45,317 nucleotides of DNA from a virus (Duplodnaviria; Caudoviricetes), in IMG/VR virus record IMGVR_UViG_3300032332_001882, positions 1 through 45,317 of that record, one strand, 5' to 3'. Made by a program: the position numbers and the translations under genes. Shown here piece by piece: positions 1-8,242 of the stretch (positions are counted from its first letter, which is position 1; the number at the start of each line of letters is the position of its first letter). Below the pieces are notes generated by a model. That model saw only the letters and a list, made by a program, of their open reading frames with translations, did no database searches and had not been told where the DNA came from.

Positions 1-252
1 AGCCCTTTCATACAAAGTGAACAAATCAAAGTTTGAGTTTTTCGCGGCCAATATCCTACATTTCAATTCTAAGCCATCTGTAATGCGCTCTAAAGGCTTT
101 AAAATGTCTTTAGGTATAAGTACTGCGCAATAGAACATATTTCGTTAGAATTGATTCTATGGCTTTTAAAAAAATATGAAATCTATTTGATAGATTCAGT
201 TTTTCGCGTATATATTATTTTAATATCTAAATATTTACCGTATCATATTTAT

Positions 253-1584
253 ATGAAGGTTCCCATTTTCCACAGATCAGAATACAAATATCAGCTATTA
301 CCGTCTTTGAATAAACATGAATATGAAGTTTTATTCAATTCAATAAAAGAACATGGAATAATACATCCAGTTGAAGTTGATGAAGATGGAAACATACTAG
401 ATGGTCATCATAGATATTCTATAGCAATGGAACTGGGCATAGAATGTCCAACCATAGTTAGAGAAAATATGACAGAAGATGAAAAACATTCCTATGCTCG
501 ATCAATGAATGTAGCTAGACGACATTTAAATTCAAAACAGAAACGTGCAATTATTGCTGATGCACTTACCGAAAATCCTGGTAGGTCAAATAATTCTATC
601 GCTAAAGAATTAGGTGTTTCAGATACAACAGTTGGTAGTGTAAGAAAAGAATTAAATCTTGATTCTAAAGTTAGAATTGGTGATGACGGAAAATCATACA
701 CAGTTGATGATTCGGATCTAAAAGTATCTAGATATGTTTATGATCAGATATTAAACAAAAAGTCCACTGGTGAAGTTCTGAAAGCAAAACTAGATACAAG
801 TATAGATATTATCTATTGTTCATCTATAAATGATCAACTTAAACATCCCGCACATGATGCTGGATGGAAAATGGGATTTCAGACTGATGCGGTCTATAAA
901 AAAGAAAATTCAATGTATGAAGAAATATTCATTGATATTGATTTCAAAAATTATAGATTTGATTATCATCTTGAAAATGTTAAGACATTTAGACCAAAAT
1001 ACTGTACTGTTATAGATATAATGACTGAAGATGAGACGGCTGGATATACAACTAAGTTTCACACATTTGATGAAGTGATGGAACAGGCTGAGCAGTTAAA
1101 TGAATATGCAGAAAATGTAATAATTATTCCAAAATATGATTGTATAAAAGATATACCAGATAATTATATTTTAGGATATAGTTGCCCATCAAGCTATGGC
1201 ATGACTTCAGTTGATTATAAAAAATTTAAAGGTAGAAAAGTTCATCTACTGGGTGGCCCATGGGGTGTTCAAAGAAGATATCTTCAAATGATGGGGGAAG
1301 ATGTTGTATCTCTTGACAATAATTCCATGAATAGAATTGCTGCGGTTGGGAGTTTCTATACAACTGATGGTATCAGAACTTCATTCTACAATTTAAATTA
1401 TGAATTCAGTGATGGTTTTGAAAATAGATCTACCGATATTGGAATCATGGCAGAGAATGTTAGGTTTATCTGTGCATCAATTTCATTCGGAAATATTATA
1501 TATGATATTGCCAGAATGAATGGTTACGAAAATCCGGATAGAGAAATACAGAAAAATTATTTTAGAAGTTTAAATAAACACTAA
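253..1584 (+). CDS. ParB/Srx N-terminal domain + HTH fused to a DUF6610/DpdA-like (guanine transglycosylase-like) domain
   Basis: N-terminal SIKEHGIIHPVEVDEDGNILDGHHR is a ParB-like signature, followed by an HTH (SNNSIAKELGVSDTTV). The C-terminal half has FIDIDFK, IIIPKY, LGYSCPSSYG, KVHLLGG and VVSLDNNS, resembling the HxLG...SxD motifs of DpdA/TGT-like barrels. Adjacent to queF and yhhQ. ATG 253 preferred over the upstream TTG 151. Confidence 0.65.
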   Translation: MKVPIFHRSEYKYQLLPSLNKHEYEVLFNSIKEHGIIHPVEVDEDGNILDGHHRYSIAMELGIECPTIVRENMTEDEKHSYARSMNVARRHLNSKQKRAIIADALTENPGRSNNSIAKELGVSDTTVGSVRKELNLDSKVRIGDDGKSYTVDDSDLKVSRYVYDQILNKKSTGEVLKAKLDTSIDIIYCSSINDQLKHPAHDAGWKMGFQTDAVYKKENSMYEEIFIDIDFKNYRFDYHLENVKTFRPKYCTVIDIMTEDETAGYTTKFHTFDEVMEQAEQLNEYAENVIIIPKYDCIKDIPDNYILGYSCPSSYGMTSVDYKKFKGRKVHLLGGPWGVQRRYLQMMGEDVVSLDNNSMNRIAAVGSFYTTDGIRTSFYNLNYEFSDGFENRSTDIGIMAENVRFICASISFGNIIYDIARMNGYENPDREIQKNYFRSLNKH

Positions 1585-1973
1585 TCTTTAAATAATACAG
1601 TAGACTTTGCTGAAGTCGCAATTCCACCACGCGGTTGCTGGGTGACCGTCACTGTTGCATTACATCTGGCATCAATAGAAATTCTTGTAGCAATCTCTAT
1701 TGCCATATCTTCGCAAAAGATTCCTCTATTTCTAAAATTCCACAAAAATAATTTTAAAGATTTGCTTTCTATAATTCCAGTATCACTTGGTTTATATAAT
1801 ATTTCTACTTTAGAAAGATCTGGTTGATTTGTTACTGGACAAAGGGACGTGACTTCATTTGTCACAAATGTTATTTCATCTATTTTTGTATGGTCTGAAA
1901 TTGGAACTATTTCAAGCTTTTCAATCGGCTCTTTAACTATAGAACCTAAAACTCCATCATGCATCATTGACAT
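1581..1973 (-). CDS. queF: NADPH-dependent preQ0 reductase QueF (short type I)
   Basis: EVTSLCPVTNQPD (catalytic Cys/Asp), QueF motif ESKSLKLF, C-terminal PRGGI. The true start may be ATG 1967 or 1964. Confidence 0.92.
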   Translation of the reverse strand: MSMMHDGVLGSIVKEPIEKLEIVPISDHTKIDEITFVTNEVTSLCPVTNQPDLSKVEILYKPSDTGIIESKSLKLFLWNFRNRGIFCEDMAIEIATRISIDARCNATVTVTQQPRGGIATSAKSTVLFKD

Positions 1974-2616
1974 CTTGTGACCAATCCCGATCTGGTGTAG
2001 TATAAATTAATGGGATACTAATGAATGTTACTATGCACTTAAAGATAATATTTGTTAAGAAAATTCCCCAAACGATGTTCCAGTCCAGTCCTTCTGATCC
2101 AAGAAATGTGAATGGAGCAAAAGCGATTAGTGTAAAAGCTAAACTATCTAGCGGTACTGATATCGCATTTGAAACAACAACCCTGGCCCACTGGAATCTT
2201 GAAGTGATCTTTGTCACAAACCAATGGTACACTTCAGTATCGGCCATTTCAGATATGACCTGAGCGACTATAGAAGCTAAAACAATTCTGGATACTGGTC
2301 CTAAGACCATAGAGAATTCTTCATTCAATGGCCACGACGGGTCTGCTGGAAATCTAGTCGTAAACCATAAATATGCAACCATGGCAACATTTAGAGAGGC
2401 TGCAACCACGATAAGTATTCTTACATGTGATTTGCCTAAAATCTTATGAGCTACATCTCTTATCGTAAATGTTAGTGGATATAAAAATGTCCCCATGTCA
2501 ATAGCAAAAGCACCAATCATGCCAATTTTAATACTAGCAATATTTGACACTAACTGTAGTGCAGTATACGTTGCGACAACTATTGTTGTTGCTGTTGGAC
2601 GAACTTTTGTAAGCAT
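1957..2616 (-). CDS. yhhQ: Queuosine precursor (preQ0/preQ1) transporter, YhhQ/VUT family
   Basis: Multi-TM protein with SNIASIK, GTFLYPLTFTIRD, RIVLASIVAQVISEMAD and RVVVSNAISVPLDSLAF. GAGGA RBS precedes ATG 2616 (track start 2688). Confidence 0.9.
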   Translation of the reverse strand: MLTKVRPTATTIVVATYTALQLVSNIASIKIGMIGAFAIDMGTFLYPLTFTIRDVAHKILGKSHVRILIVVAASLNVAMVAYLWFTTRFPADPSWPLNEEFSMVLGPVSRIVLASIVAQVISEMADTEVYHWFVTKITSRFQWARVVVSNAISVPLDSLAFTLIAFAPFTFLGSEGLDWNIVWGIFLTNIIFKCIVTFISIPLIYTTPDRDWSQDVNDA

Positions 2617-2725
2617 CTCATTCCTCTTCACATCGGATCGTTTGATCGTATATTTTTCAATTTTAAATTTATCACATAATTCGATCATATTTTTAAATTA
2701 ATATTTAAATTGTTAAAATTCAACG

Positions 2726-3634
2726 ATGAAATCTTTGAGTCTTTTTACTGGAATTGGTGGTTTCGATCTTGGTTTCGAAACTGCTGGCATTGAGACTCTA
2801 TCAATGTGTGAGGCCGATGGGCGAGCACAATCCGTCCTGAGAAGACACTGGCCACATGTTCCAGTGTTTGACGATGTAAGGAATATTAATGGATCCGACT
2901 TTAGAGCAATTGACATTATTCACGGAGGATTCCCATGCCAAGACATCAGCATGGCAGGAAAACGAGAAGGTCTTGAAGGGGATCGATCAGGGCTCTGGTG
3001 GGAATTTCATCGAATCATTTCTGAAGCAAAGCCAAGGTTCGTCGTCATCGAAAATGTCGCCGGCCTCCTGTCTTCAGGAGGAAGACGGGACTTGGGTGCC
3101 ATCATCGGGTCGCTGGGCAAACTCGGGTATATGGGGGGATATAGAGTGTTGGACGCTCGGTATTTCGGAGTGGCCCAAAGACGTAGAAGGGTGTTCATTG
3201 TCGCAAGTCTTGGAACCGACTGTGGACAAAAAATACTTTTTGAGCCAGAAAGCCTGCCAGGGGATATTGAAAAGAGCGGACAAGCGTTCGAAGAAGTTGC
3301 CGGAACTATTAGATCAAGCTTTAAAAATTCAGGATATAAAACAACAGAATTAGATGGTCACGGAACCCATGTAGTTGTTGGCTCTAAAGAGATTTTCGCA
3401 ACACCATTGGGCAGAGATCCTATAAATATCCCATTCGGTGAAAATCAGCAGCTTGGTGTGAGAAGGCTTACGCCAGTTGAGTGTGAAAGGTTAATGGGGT
3501 TTCCAGATAACTGGACACTGTTGGATGAAAAAGATAAAACCATTCCAGATACGCAAAGATACAAAATGTGCGGAAATGCTGTTGTTGTGAATGTGTCCGA
3601 ATGGCTGGGTAAAAGAATCGCCTCAGTTCACTGA
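2726..3634 (+). CDS. dcm: DNA (cytosine-5) methyltransferase
   Basis: Motif I LFTGIGG, IV GGFPCQDIS, VI ENV, VIII QRRRRVF, IX RRLTPVECERLMGFP, X GNAV. Confidence 0.95.
   Translation: MKSLSLFTGIGGFDLGFETAGIETLSMCEADGRAQSVLRRHWPHVPVFDDVRNINGSDFRAIDIIHGGFPCQDISMAGKREGLEGDRSGLWWEFHRIISEAKPRFVVIENVAGLLSSGGRRDLGAIIGSLGKLGYMGGYRVLDARYFGVAQRRRRVFIVASLGTDCGQKILFEPESLPGDIEKSGQAFEEVAGTIRSSFKNSGYKTTELDGHGTHVVVGSKEIFATPLGRDPINIPFGENQQLGVRRLTPVECERLMGFPDNWTLLDEKDKTIPDTQRYKMCGNAVVVNVSEWLGKRIASVH
2889..3353 (+). CDS. Overprinted 154-aa ORF inside the C5-MTase gene (resembles the alternative-frame beta polypeptide arrangement of M.EcoHK31I)
   Basis: ATG-initiated 465-nt ORF in the +1 frame, entirely within dcm. 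Protein-like C-terminus SLSQVLE..KYFLSQKACQGILKRADKRSKKLPELL; N-terminal QLTLF. Confidence 0.7.
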   Translation: MDPTLEQLTLFTEDSHAKTSAWQENEKVLKGIDQGSGGNFIESFLKQSQGSSSSKMSPASCLQEEDGTWVPSSGRWANSGIWGDIECWTLGISEWPKDVEGCSLSQVLEPTVDKKYFLSQKACQGILKRADKRSKKLPELLDQALKIQDIKQQN

Positions 3635-4191
3635 TTTGCTTCAAAGAATGCTTGAGCAAAACCAAGTGGGGTCATAGACCTAAATTCTTTAGTTGCTTCA
3701 CTTTTACCACCAACTTTATAAATAAGTCTACCTCCAGTAGGCTCTACTTCATTTCTATCTGGAATATTAAACTTACCCCATAGCCAAGTTGTCTTCTGGT
3801 ACGGATCCCCATGATGATATGGATGAAACTTATATTTTATTGATCCAAGTTCTGGAACCAGTTTATGTATCCTGCTCATTGGATTCTCAACAACCCAAAA
3901 TGTTGGATCATAAAAATTGATAATTTCCATCATCTTCTTCACAAGGGCGACAGATTTTTCAGTTGTTCCATCCGCATCTTTTCTTTTGAAGAATCTTGAT
4001 CCAGATAGAGAAAAGTCGGTACATGGTGGGGCCGCAAGAATGCCATAAACATTTCCCATGCTTGAATAGTCAAAGTCAAAAATATCTGACCCCAGCTTAA
4101 TGTCAACTTGGTGAACCGAATATCCAGCATTTCTATAGGGATCTGACCATCTCCCAGAGAAATCAAATAGCGATAAAATCGTTTTATTCAT
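3628..4191 (-). CDS. Short phage C5-cytosine methyltransferase-like protein
   Basis: Variant motif I ILSLFDFSG, catalytic AAPPCTDFS, VVENP, C-terminal RSMTPLGFA. No obvious target-recognition domain. Confidence 0.75.
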   Translation of the reverse strand: MNKTILSLFDFSGRWSDPYRNAGYSVHQVDIKLGSDIFDFDYSSMGNVYGILAAPPCTDFSLSGSRFFKRKDADGTTEKSVALVKKMMEIINFYDPTFWVVENPMSRIHKLVPELGSIKYKFHPYHHGDPYQKTTWLWGKFNIPDRNEVEPTGGRLIYKVGGKSEATKEFRSMTPLGFAQAFFEANQ

Positions 4192-4253
4192 TAAATAATT
4201 ATATGTATTTATTTGCAATTTTTATCTTATTTGAACATATCCGTTATGTCGAT

Positions 4254-4520
4254 ATGAAGATTGTCTTGGTTCGGTGGTATGACGCATTTGATCTCCCGCC
4301 ACAGTGGGCTTCCTTTGAGGATCTAAAAAAGGATGGTCCAGCCATTGTTCAATCAGTTGGCTGGCTACTTGATCCAGAACCTCTGGATGGCTATGTAACA
4401 TTAGCCACATCAATTGTGGATGATAACTTTGGTAGTGGCATACATATACCAAAAAGTTGCATCATTAGCGTTGAAGAATTGTCCCAGAAAAAAGGTAAGG
4501 TTGAAAAATCTTCAAAATAG
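4254..4520 (+). CDS. Small phage hypothetical protein (VxWxDA...SVGWL type)
   Basis: ATG 4254 lies 6 nt after a CCGTTA promoter-like motif; compact beta-rich sequence. Confidence 0.7.
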   Translation: MKIVLVRWYDAFDLPPQWASFEDLKKDGPAIVQSVGWLLDPEPLDGYVTLATSIVDDNFGSGIHIPKSCIISVEELSQKKGKVEKSSK

Positions 4521-4554
4521 ACGTTAATTTATAAATTAGATACTGGAGATGAAA

Positions 4555-5349
4555 ATGGCTACAGCGCAGCAGGCTTTGGATTTGGCACGTCAGCATATTG
4601 GGTATGTTGAGGGACCACGTGATAATGAAACGAAGTTTGGCGGCTGGAGCGGCTATAACTTTCAGCCTTGGTGTGGTAGTTTCGTGAACTGGGTTCTTCA
4701 TCACAGTGGAACCCAAGGTGAGCCATCTAGCGTCTATACTCCATATGGAGCAGCATCATACAAAAGACTTGGGCGTTGGATTGACCGTAATGGTGCTCCA
4801 ATTCCTGGCGATGTTGTTTACTTTGACTGGGCTGGTACTCAGAACACTGGCAATGTCGATCACGTAGGTTTTGTTGAGGCCGTACTGCCCGATGGCAGGA
4901 TTCAGACCATAGAAGGTAATACTTCGGGTGGAGACTATGGCAGTCAGAGCAATGGTGGTGGCGTATACCGTCGTGTACGTCCACGTGGCGTGATTGCAGG
5001 CTTTGGCCGTCCAGCTTATACAGCAGACAACAACTCGCCTTACAATCCAAATTCCAACGTCGATTGGGCGAAACTACGTAAGTTTGTTGCAGCTGTTCTC
5101 TTCAATGAGATTAGTGGAATCGGAACTCTACAGCGTGGCTCAAAAGGTCCACAGGTAGTTTCTCTCCAGAAAGCCCTCAATCTCATCAGTAATGCTGGGC
5201 TCAGCGAGGATGGAGATTTTGGACCAGGGACGCTTGGCGCAGTTACTTCATTCCAGAAGTTCTTCAAGCTTGCGTCGGATGGAGTCGTTGGTCCAAATAC
5301 GAAATCTATGCTACTTATTTGTCTAGCAAAAATTCGTGACGAGAAGTGA
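4555..5349 (+). CDS. Endolysin: CHAP domain + peptidoglycan-binding (PG_binding_1) domain
   Basis: PWCGSFVNW, GDVVYFDW, DHVGFVE, TIEGNT (CHAP); LQRGSKGPQVVSLQKAL..DGDFGPGT..FQ..DGVVGPNT (PGBD). GGAG RBS before ATG 4555. Confidence 0.93.
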   Translation: MATAQQALDLARQHIGYVEGPRDNETKFGGWSGYNFQPWCGSFVNWVLHHSGTQGEPSSVYTPYGAASYKRLGRWIDRNGAPIPGDVVYFDWAGTQNTGNVDHVGFVEAVLPDGRIQTIEGNTSGGDYGSQSNGGGVYRRVRPRGVIAGFGRPAYTADNNSPYNPNSNVDWAKLRKFVAAVLFNEISGIGTLQRGSKGPQVVSLQKALNLISNAGLSEDGDFGPGTLGAVTSFQKFFKLASDGVVGPNTKSMLLICLAKIRDEK

Positions 5350-5411
5350 TAGGCAGCCAGCCGCTTTCACCAACCGTGTACTGTTCCGCAGTACCCTACA
5401 ATACAAAGCAT

Positions 5412-5810
5412 TTACTCCTTTGGGTTAAATAGATCTTGTTCTCGATGAGTGCATTGTTTCCACAGCTCAACGTCGGCTTCTTGCTGAGCGTCGTGGTCAA
5501 GAGTTTCTGTAACGGTTCGCTTGTGAAGATCAATAGCGTCAGCCAGTCGGTTGTAGCGACGTGCTAGATCATTCAGATGGCGAAGCGCTTCCTCGTCGGC
5601 AGCTTCTAAATCAGTATTATGCTGCCTAGAATTGATTCCAAGAATCAGGCCAACAAAGGTTGCTAATGCTGCCAAAGTGGCAACAACTTTGTCGGAAGCC
5701 GGGAGTCCCCAAAGCTGACCCAGTGTCAAATAAAATGTCGCAAATGCGGGAAACACAATTTGCACCATCCATTTAGCAAAGTCGTAATGTTTACTAGAGA
5801 GGTTGAACAT
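5412..5810 (-). CDS. Holin (Dp-1-like) with C-terminal helical extension
   Basis: LSSKHYDFAKWMVQIVFPAFATFYLTLGQLWGLP...ATFVGLILGINS with two TM segments; convergent with the endolysin. Confidence 0.8.
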   Translation of the reverse strand: MFNLSSKHYDFAKWMVQIVFPAFATFYLTLGQLWGLPASDKVVATLAALATFVGLILGINSRQHNTDLEAADEEALRHLNDLARRYNRLADAIDLHKRTVTETLDHDAQQEADVELWKQCTHREQDLFNPKE

Positions 5811-5846
5811 TTAGACTTTCCTAGTCTTTAATTGTTTTTCTATGGG

Positions 5847-5919
5847 CTCTCAGGGTAGGACTCGAACCTACAACCCGCTGATTAACAGTCAGCTGCTCTG
5901 CCAATTGAGCTACCTGAGA
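5847..5919 (-). tRNA. tRNA-Asn (GTT)
   Basis: Reverse complement TCTCAGG TAGCTCAATTGGCAGAGC A GCTGA CTGTTAA TCAGC GGGTT GTAGG TTCGAGT CCTAC CCTGAGA G forms a full cloverleaf. Confidence 0.95.
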
Positions 5920-5925
5920 AAAACT

Positions 5926-6249
5926 TTAGTATTTAACGTACTGAGCAAACCCGCAGTCAACCATTGTGTCATTGACATTTAGATTATCAATCCAAACTTC
6001 GGCAATGTATCGACCGTAGCGATCTTCTTTGTCTTTCATTGTCTGAACATGGATTGTCTTGTTGTCCAAGATTTCCGATAAACGAGTTTTCGAAAGTGGG
6101 CCTTCTGTCGTTTTCATTTCTGGCGCATTGATTCTTGCGAGCCGCAACTTCTCTTTACGAAAAGTATTGAAACCGAGATCAAGAGTTGCTTCTATAGTGT
6201 CACCATCTATAACTCGGTATTGGGACACACGATAATTCCATAATTCCAT
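5926..6249 (-). CDS. Thermonuclease (SNase-like) family protein
   Basis: VIDGDTI, LRLARINAPE, DRYGRYIA, VNDTMVDCGFA. AAGGA RBS before ATG 6249. Confidence 0.9.
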   Translation of the reverse strand: MELWNYRVSQYRVIDGDTIEATLDLGFNTFRKEKLRLARINAPEMKTTEGPLSKTRLSEILDNKTIHVQTMKDKEDRYGRYIAEVWIDNLNVNDTMVDCGFAQYVKY

Positions 6250-6264
6250 TGAGATTCCTTTCAG

Positions 6265-6345
6265 TGGGAGAGGAGGGATTCGAACCCCCAATGCCAATGG
6301 CCACAGATTTACAGTCTGCTGAGCAACCAGTTGCTCAACTCTCCC
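6265..6345 (-). tRNA. tRNA-Tyr (GTA)
   Basis: Reverse complement GGGAGAG TT GAGC AACTGGTT GCTC A GCAGA CTGTAAA TCTGT, long variable arm, GGGG TTCGAAT CCCT, CTCTCCC A. Confidence 0.93.
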
Positions 6346-6532
6346 GAGTCTAGTTCAGACTTCAGCTTCCCAAGAACTCTAATTAACCATTAATAAACGC
6401 TTATTAAGCTAATATAACTATATTTTATCGCAGCTTACATCGGCCTCCGTAAGCGAAAGATTAACACGAAGACCAGCTTTTAAAATCACATTCGTAACCC
6501 GTTAGATAGTTAACTCTAGTAAGGAAAATGAT

Positions 6533-6940
6533 ATGGCTATTTCAAATATTGAAATTGAGACTATTCTATCAACAGATCTTAGAGACTCGGACGGTAATCA
6601 TCTCAAGATTGTTTCGATGGCGCAGTTTGATGGCACTTATGATACTGGCGGAATTGTTCTTGATCCTGCCTGGTTTGAAATGGAAGAAGTTAAATTAGTA
6701 ATAACACAATCCGGTTCTGCTCTTCCATTGGACGTTGGTGAGCCATGGAACCCAATCACTTTCAATATAGTTCAAAGAGTCGATGATGGTATTGCTGCTG
6801 ACGAAGAAGAGTCTGGAACTTTTAGTTGGAGGCTAAACGTGGCCATGTGGGATGGCTCTTCGTTTACAGAACTTGCAGATGGTAGTCCGCTTCAGCTTCC
6901 GACCGGCTTTAGTCCTGTTCTAGTTGTGGTTGGTGCGTAA
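6533..6940 (+). CDS. Hypothetical acidic beta-rich protein, possibly virion-associated
   Basis: AAGGA RBS, FDGTYDTGG motif, preceded by the CCGTTA promoter-like motif. Confidence 0.6.
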   Translation: MAISNIEIETILSTDLRDSDGNHLKIVSMAQFDGTYDTGGIVLDPAWFEMEEVKLVITQSGSALPLDVGEPWNPITFNIVQRVDDGIAADEEESGTFSWRLNVAMWDGSSFTELADGSPLQLPTGFSPVLVVVGA

Positions 6941-6974
6941 AAATAATTAAAAAAATTTATCTTTTGGGAATAAA

Positions 6975-8225
6975 ATGATTTATGTCGTAGATACTTCAGT
7001 TTTTTTGTCCGATCCCAAATCTTTGGAAAGGTTAAAAGATAAAGATATAGTTATTCCTCTAGCTGTTCTAAACGAACTTGAAGAAAAAAGAAATCATATA
7101 GATCTTGGTTTTTCTGCTAGAGAAGTTCTTAGGCATCTTGAATCTCTAAGAAAACAGAACTCTCTCATTAATCCAATTAAAAACTCTTTTGGTGGAAGTT
7201 TAAGAATTGAATTAAATAATATTGATGATTCAGATTTGCCAAATAGTTTTAAATTAGATGTTAATGATAATAAGATTTTAGCTGTTGCTTACAATCTAGC
7301 AAAAGATTTTCCAGTAACATTATTAACTAAAGATCTTCCTTTAAGATTAAAAGCTTCTGTTATTGGAATTTCTGCTGAAGATTTTATTGATGATAATTAT
7401 TCTGATAATTGGTCTGGAATTGAAAGACTTGAGGTAGAGTCTGAAATCATTCAGGAGCTATTTTCAAATGGTTCAGTTTATTTTCCAAAAGAAATTGTGG
7501 AAAATTCTGGAATTATCACTCTAAGTGGAAATAGCTCTGCGTTAGCAAAGTATCAAAATGATCATTTAAAGTTGATTAAAGATAAGTCTGTTTTTGATAT
7601 CAAGGGTAGGAGCGCAGAGCAGCGTATAGCTTTAGATCTTTTATGTGATAATTCTATTGAGATAGTTTCAATTGGTGGCAAGGCTGGGACTGGCAAGAGT
7701 TTGCTGGCGCTTGCTGCTGGTCTTGATTCTGTTATTGAGAAAAGAACTCATAAGAAAATTATTATTTTTAGACCACTCTATGCGGTTGGTGGTCAGGATC
7801 TTGGCTTTCTTCCTGGAACTGCTGAAGAAAAGATGTCTCCTTGGGCTGCCGCTGTTTTTGACGCTTTAGAAGTTTTCTGTGGTCCCAATGTTATAGAAGA
7901 GATTATTGAAGAAAATTTACTAGAGGTTTTGCCTTTAACTCATATAAGGGGTCGAACATTAAGTGATTCTTTTGTCATCATAGATGAGGCTCAGAATCTA
8001 GAAAAAATGGTTCTATTAACTGCTCTTTCCAGGATGGGTAAAGGTAGTAAGGTTGTGATGACTCATGATATTGCGCAAAGGGATAATCTGAGAGTAAATA
8101 AATATGATGGTATCATGTCAGTTGTATCAGCCTTAAAGAATGAAGACATTTTTGCCCATATTTTACTTGAGAAATCTGAAAGAAGTAGAATATCTGAATT
8201 GGTTTCTTCATTAATTGATACATAA
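6975..8225 (+). CDS. phoH: PIN domain-PhoH ATPase fusion (PhoH2/YlaK type)
   Basis: YVVDTSV...NDNKIL...TKDLPLRLKA (PIN); GKAGTGKS, LGFLPG, IRGRT, IDEAQN (PhoH). Confidence 0.95.
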   Translation: MIYVVDTSVFLSDPKSLERLKDKDIVIPLAVLNELEEKRNHIDLGFSAREVLRHLESLRKQNSLINPIKNSFGGSLRIELNNIDDSDLPNSFKLDVNDNKILAVAYNLAKDFPVTLLTKDLPLRLKASVIGISAEDFIDDNYSDNWSGIERLEVESEIIQELFSNGSVYFPKEIVENSGIITLSGNSSALAKYQNDHLKLIKDKSVFDIKGRSAEQRIALDLLCDNSIEIVSIGGKAGTGKSLLALAAGLDSVIEKRTHKKIIIFRPLYAVGGQDLGFLPGTAEEKMSPWAAAVFDALEVFCGPNVIEEIIEENLLEVLPLTHIRGRTLSDSFVIIDEAQNLEKMVLLTALSRMGKGSKVVMTHDIAQRDNLRVNKYDGIMSVVSALKNEDIFAHILLEKSERSRISELVSSLIDT

Positions 8226-8242
8226 GGTTCCGTTAATAAGTT

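Noticed and set aside
151-252. N-terminal extension of the ParB fusion from TTG 151
   Set aside because: AT-rich, low-complexity translation. ATG 253 directly precedes the ParB domain and follows a promoter-like sequence.
6250-6297. Longer thermonuclease start given by the ORF track
   Set aside because: Overlaps tRNA-Tyr; ATG 6249 has its own RBS.
5847-6345. tRNAs as a prophage attachment site or host boundary
   Set aside because: Phage-type genes lie on both sides, and there is no integrase or duplicated tRNA 3' end in the window.
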